Made by a program: the position numbers and the translations under genes. The notes beneath the pieces were generated by a model that saw only the letters and a list, made by a program, of their open reading frames with translations, made no database searches and had not been told where the DNA came from. A stretch of DNA of 64,000 nucleotides, taken from contig NC_042998.1 of the NCBI RefSeq assembly GCF_006345805.1, forward strand, positions 155,372,001-155,436,000, written 5' to 3'. Source of the stretch: Octopus sinensis (Eukaryota). This document shows positions 60,533 through 64,000 of this stretch, piece after piece (the first letter of the stretch is position 1; every line of letters starts with the position of its first letter).

Positions 60533-61484
60533 CTGCTATCCAAGGATGTTGAAGGTGAAGCATATGTAACAGACACTTCTATTTCTTGATTCAAACCAGT
60601 TCGAAGGGTTTTTTTCCATTCATCTGATTTGAGAAGTGAACCATGACAAGAATGCAAATCATCAGAGGATTTCAGTGATTGTGAAATGTTTCCTGAAGTT
60701 AATGGTTCAGTTCTAAAATCAGTCTCAATAGTATTTAACTGAAAGTTTACACTCCTTGAATCTGTTCGTCCAGATGGCAGCATGATTTTACCATACATGT
60801 CAGGTGTAAATCCTTCAGCCAAATTTGGATTATCTGGAGTGGCATCTGCACTAGTTGATATGACATCCATGTCATTAGTATCAATTGGACTATGCTGTCC
60901 ATCTTCAATAGCAGCTTGAAAACTTAAACTTCTGTTGCGTGAGCATTGTATAAATTCATTGTGGTTATTGCTCTGGTATTGTGTAGCAGTCAAATAATTA
61001 GAGCTTTTGTGATTAATCTGCGCATCATCTCCAATTGGTAGTAAATGAATATTTGAGCGACTTTCAATAGCAGCTCTAAAACTAGGACTTCTTTGCCTTG
61101 GAAGAGAAGTACCATTTTCAGGATTGCTCTCCATGCTTTGGGATGTCTGACTATCACTTTCAAATTTGTGTGAACTGCGAATAAAATCTTTGCGTTTTTT
61201 CTGACCATCTTGGCTGCGAGAGCTACTTGAACTGAAGTCTACATCAATAACACCACTTGTACTAGAACTGTTTGAAGAATTAAGATGGTTGTATAAGAGA
61301 TGGTCGGCTAAATTATCAGTCTGAGTGGCACCAGCAACAAAATTGCATTGTTCATCTAATGTGGGACATGAAGCAGCATGATCTTTATTATAAGACTCAT
61401 GGATATTAAAATCCCTCAAGACTTCTGTTTTATTATTTCTTTGAGCCAAGGAGCCATTATCAAAGCGTTCAATAGTTAAGGCAT
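60533..61484 (-). CDS. Large coding exon (952 nt, phase 1/2) of the host gene, Ser/Asn-rich and probably disordered
   Basis: Within the 336-aa non-TE ORF. Acceptor TTCTCGTTTTCAG, donor AG|GTAAGA. Ends with 2 nt of a codon, matching the 1-nt start of exon 8546. Confidence 0.88.
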
Positions 61485-63434
61485 CTGAAAACGAGAATAG
61501 AATGACATATTTACCATAAGATATAAAATCAATTTTCACATTTTATAGGGCAGACAAAATGTACTTGAAATTGGTCACCCACTGGATGTGCACAAAAATT
61601 GTAACCAAATTAGTCAATTCTAAATTAAAAATTTACTAGCAATTATATCTAAACTGATCTTGGTTTCTATTATTGGATTACAACTATGCTGAAATATCAA
61701 ATGCATTTCAGTCTCATGGTTATTTTATCAGTATCTATTTATTGAATATCTACCTTTCAATGTAAAAGGACAAACTCAATGACCAGTCTACATTGGTAAA
61801 CTCAATCACCCACACTGCTTTAGGATAGGCTTTCATACAGCTTCCATTTATCAAATTCCACTCACAAAGCTTAGTCAACCTGAGGCTATAGTTTAAGGTA
61901 ACATTTCCTTTTATTCTTCAAACAGCAAATACCTCCATATCTAGATATGTCTTTGCAGAAGATTGTAAACAAATAACATAATTTTTGCATGGCAGTGACC
62001 GTTGTTTACTATTAGTGTACCCATGTCAAAACAATGGAAACATGTACACACACACACGCACGCATGCACACACACACACATACTAGCTGAAGTACCTAAC
62101 ATTGCTCTGGTTGAAAACTCAGGGAGTTAACAATAACATCACAAAGTAATATATTTAACATATGATTAACATATAAATCTTTTGGATATATTTTGTGGAG
62201 TTTTGGACTAAGTACACCATTTTATATATTTATATATTACTTTTTCTCTTTTTTACTAGTTTTTAAAGAATATTTTTTTAGATTTCCATGTTTCAAACAA
62301 AAGCAATATTAATTCTGTCCCTGAAAATTTCCACAAATTCAAATCTTTTCTTTTAAATTTAACCTTTACCTCACCCAAAACTTAATCATAAGTACTAGTT
62401 CTAACACCAAACCTTAACCTTTTTATCGAACCTCTAAATTCTAAATGCTAACCCTAATCCTAACTCTATTCTTTTTTATAGAATCATAATCTCCTATGTT
62501 TAAATAATATACTTCTGAAATAAACTTCAAAAATGAAACAAATCACTACAAGGTACATACTCCAAAACAGAGTGGAGAAAAAAGAATGAAAACTGTAATT
62601 TTGAATAACTTGATGCTTCATATATAAAAATCTAAAGAAATTAGGGGGGGAAAAACCCCCAAAAAACGATACAGGTTCAAAAGTTCATCAAATAATATTT
62701 AAATGCCAGGAGTACCAAACTTTTATCATTGTGAGGGGGTAGGGTGGGCTGGGATCTGGTCCAATCTGGTCCAGTTAGTCTGTAAGGAGATAGACAGATA
62801 GACAGACAGATAGATTATGAGTCTAGAGGGAGACAAACAATTAATTCATGCAGTTAGACAAGTAATACATATAGCTGAAAAACCTTAGACAGAAGTGAAA
62901 CAACTGTGCAAGTGTACAATAAAAATATATGCATCAATAAAAGAAACAGAAGAGGATCTAATGCTCCCAGTTACAGCTTTCATCAAAGAGATGGGAAAGA
63001 AATGAAAGGCAAATGTTAAAAAAATACTAATTTATTTAACATATCTTACCAGTGTAAAGAGATAAGAAATGAAACTGAAGGATTAGAAGTGGAGACAAAA
63101 TCTGGGTCACAGAGAGAATAAGTAAGAAGAGAGGGAGGGAAGGAATTTGAGAAAGAGAATAAGTAAAGAGAGGGTGAGAAAAGAAAGTGAGAGGGGAAGG
63201 GGGAACAGTGAAAGACAGTGTAAGGAGAGAAAGTGAAAGCAGGGGAATGGGGAGCCCACAATATTTGTATGTTTGTGTTATGTTTGTGTGTATATGTACA
63301 TGTACAGGGAGGTTAAATGTGCAATATTTTCATTTATATAACTATTAAATAGCATCTGTGTGAAGGAATATAAATTTTATGTATCAAGGTGTGCAATGAC
63401 AGTCTTCCAATAGTTAAGAATTTAGTTAAGAATG

Positions 63435-63469
<35 letters not shown>

Positions 63470-63471
<2 letters not shown>

Positions 63472-64000
63472 TCATCATCATCATCATCGTTTAACGTCCG
63501 CTTTCCATGCTAGCATGGGTTGGACGGTTCAACTGGGGTCTGGCAAGCCCGAAGGCTGCACCAGGCCAGTCAGATCTGGCAGTGTTTCTACAGCTGGATG
63601 CCCTTCCTAACGCCAACCACTCCGAGAGTGTAGTGGGTGATTTTATGTGCCACCGACACAGGTGCCAGACGAGGCTGGCAGACGGCCACGCTCGGATGGT
63701 GTTTTTTATGTGCCACCGACACAGGTGCCAGACGAGGCTGGCTGACGGCCACGCTCGGATGGTGTTTTCTTATGTGTCACCGACACAGGTGCCAGACGAG
63801 GCTGGCGGACGGCCACGCTCGGATGGTGTTTGTTACGTGCCCTCAGCATGGAGGCCAGTCGTTGCGGTACTGGCTACGGTCACGTTCGGATGGTTTTCTT
63901 ATATGCCACCGGCACTGGTACCACAAGGATACAAATTCCATTGATGTTCATCTATTTTGATTTGGTTCGATTTGATTCGATTCTCACTTGCCTCAACAGG
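63470..64000 (-). mobile_element. 3' end of a related LINE subfamily with a diverged modular array; runs off the window
   Basis: (GAT)n tail at ~63470-63490, same 3' tail sequence, then 3-4 GTG(T/C)CGGTG(G/A)CA(C/T)ATAA..CCATCCGA units and diverged D/E-like modules. Confidence 0.85.

Noticed and set aside
62820-63010. Possible C-terminus of another LINE clade
   Set aside because: The similarity is too weak to support by eye.

Overview
AT-rich eukaryotic genomic DNA, most likely an octopus or other coleoid cephalopod (inferred from the SINE/LINE families and microsatellite style, not proven). Almost the whole window is intron of one minus-strand protein-coding gene. Three phase-compatible exons were found (61484-60533, 8546-8225, 3852-3715). 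They encode a low-complexity, probably disordered region that I cannot name. The introns are a dense, nested transposon graveyard. It holds two young, near-identical RTE-clade LINEs with a PHD finger inside ORF2 and a long modular repeat array in the 3' UTR, plus older LINE relics, two Ty3/Gypsy elements, a solo LTR, and several Penelope-like element (PLE) relics with inverted terminal segments. DNA transposons include Tc1/mariner, hAT, piggyBac with related MITEs, and a Helitron nested in the piggyBac; several SINE families are also present. The most notable observations are: (1) the constant-repeat/alternating-module array in the LINE 3' UTR, which differs between sister copies; (2) several hammerhead-ribozyme-like motifs, including a family with an unusually long (~97 nt) stem II domain and stem I covariation; (3) a ~135-codon N/S/T-rich insertion between the GIY and YIG halves of a PLE endonuclease, shared by two copies; (4) a perfect 64-bp hairpin. 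No rRNA, intact tRNA gene or true CRISPR locus is present. All alignments and folds were done by eye, so TE boundaries are approximate unless a TSD or TIR is quoted.
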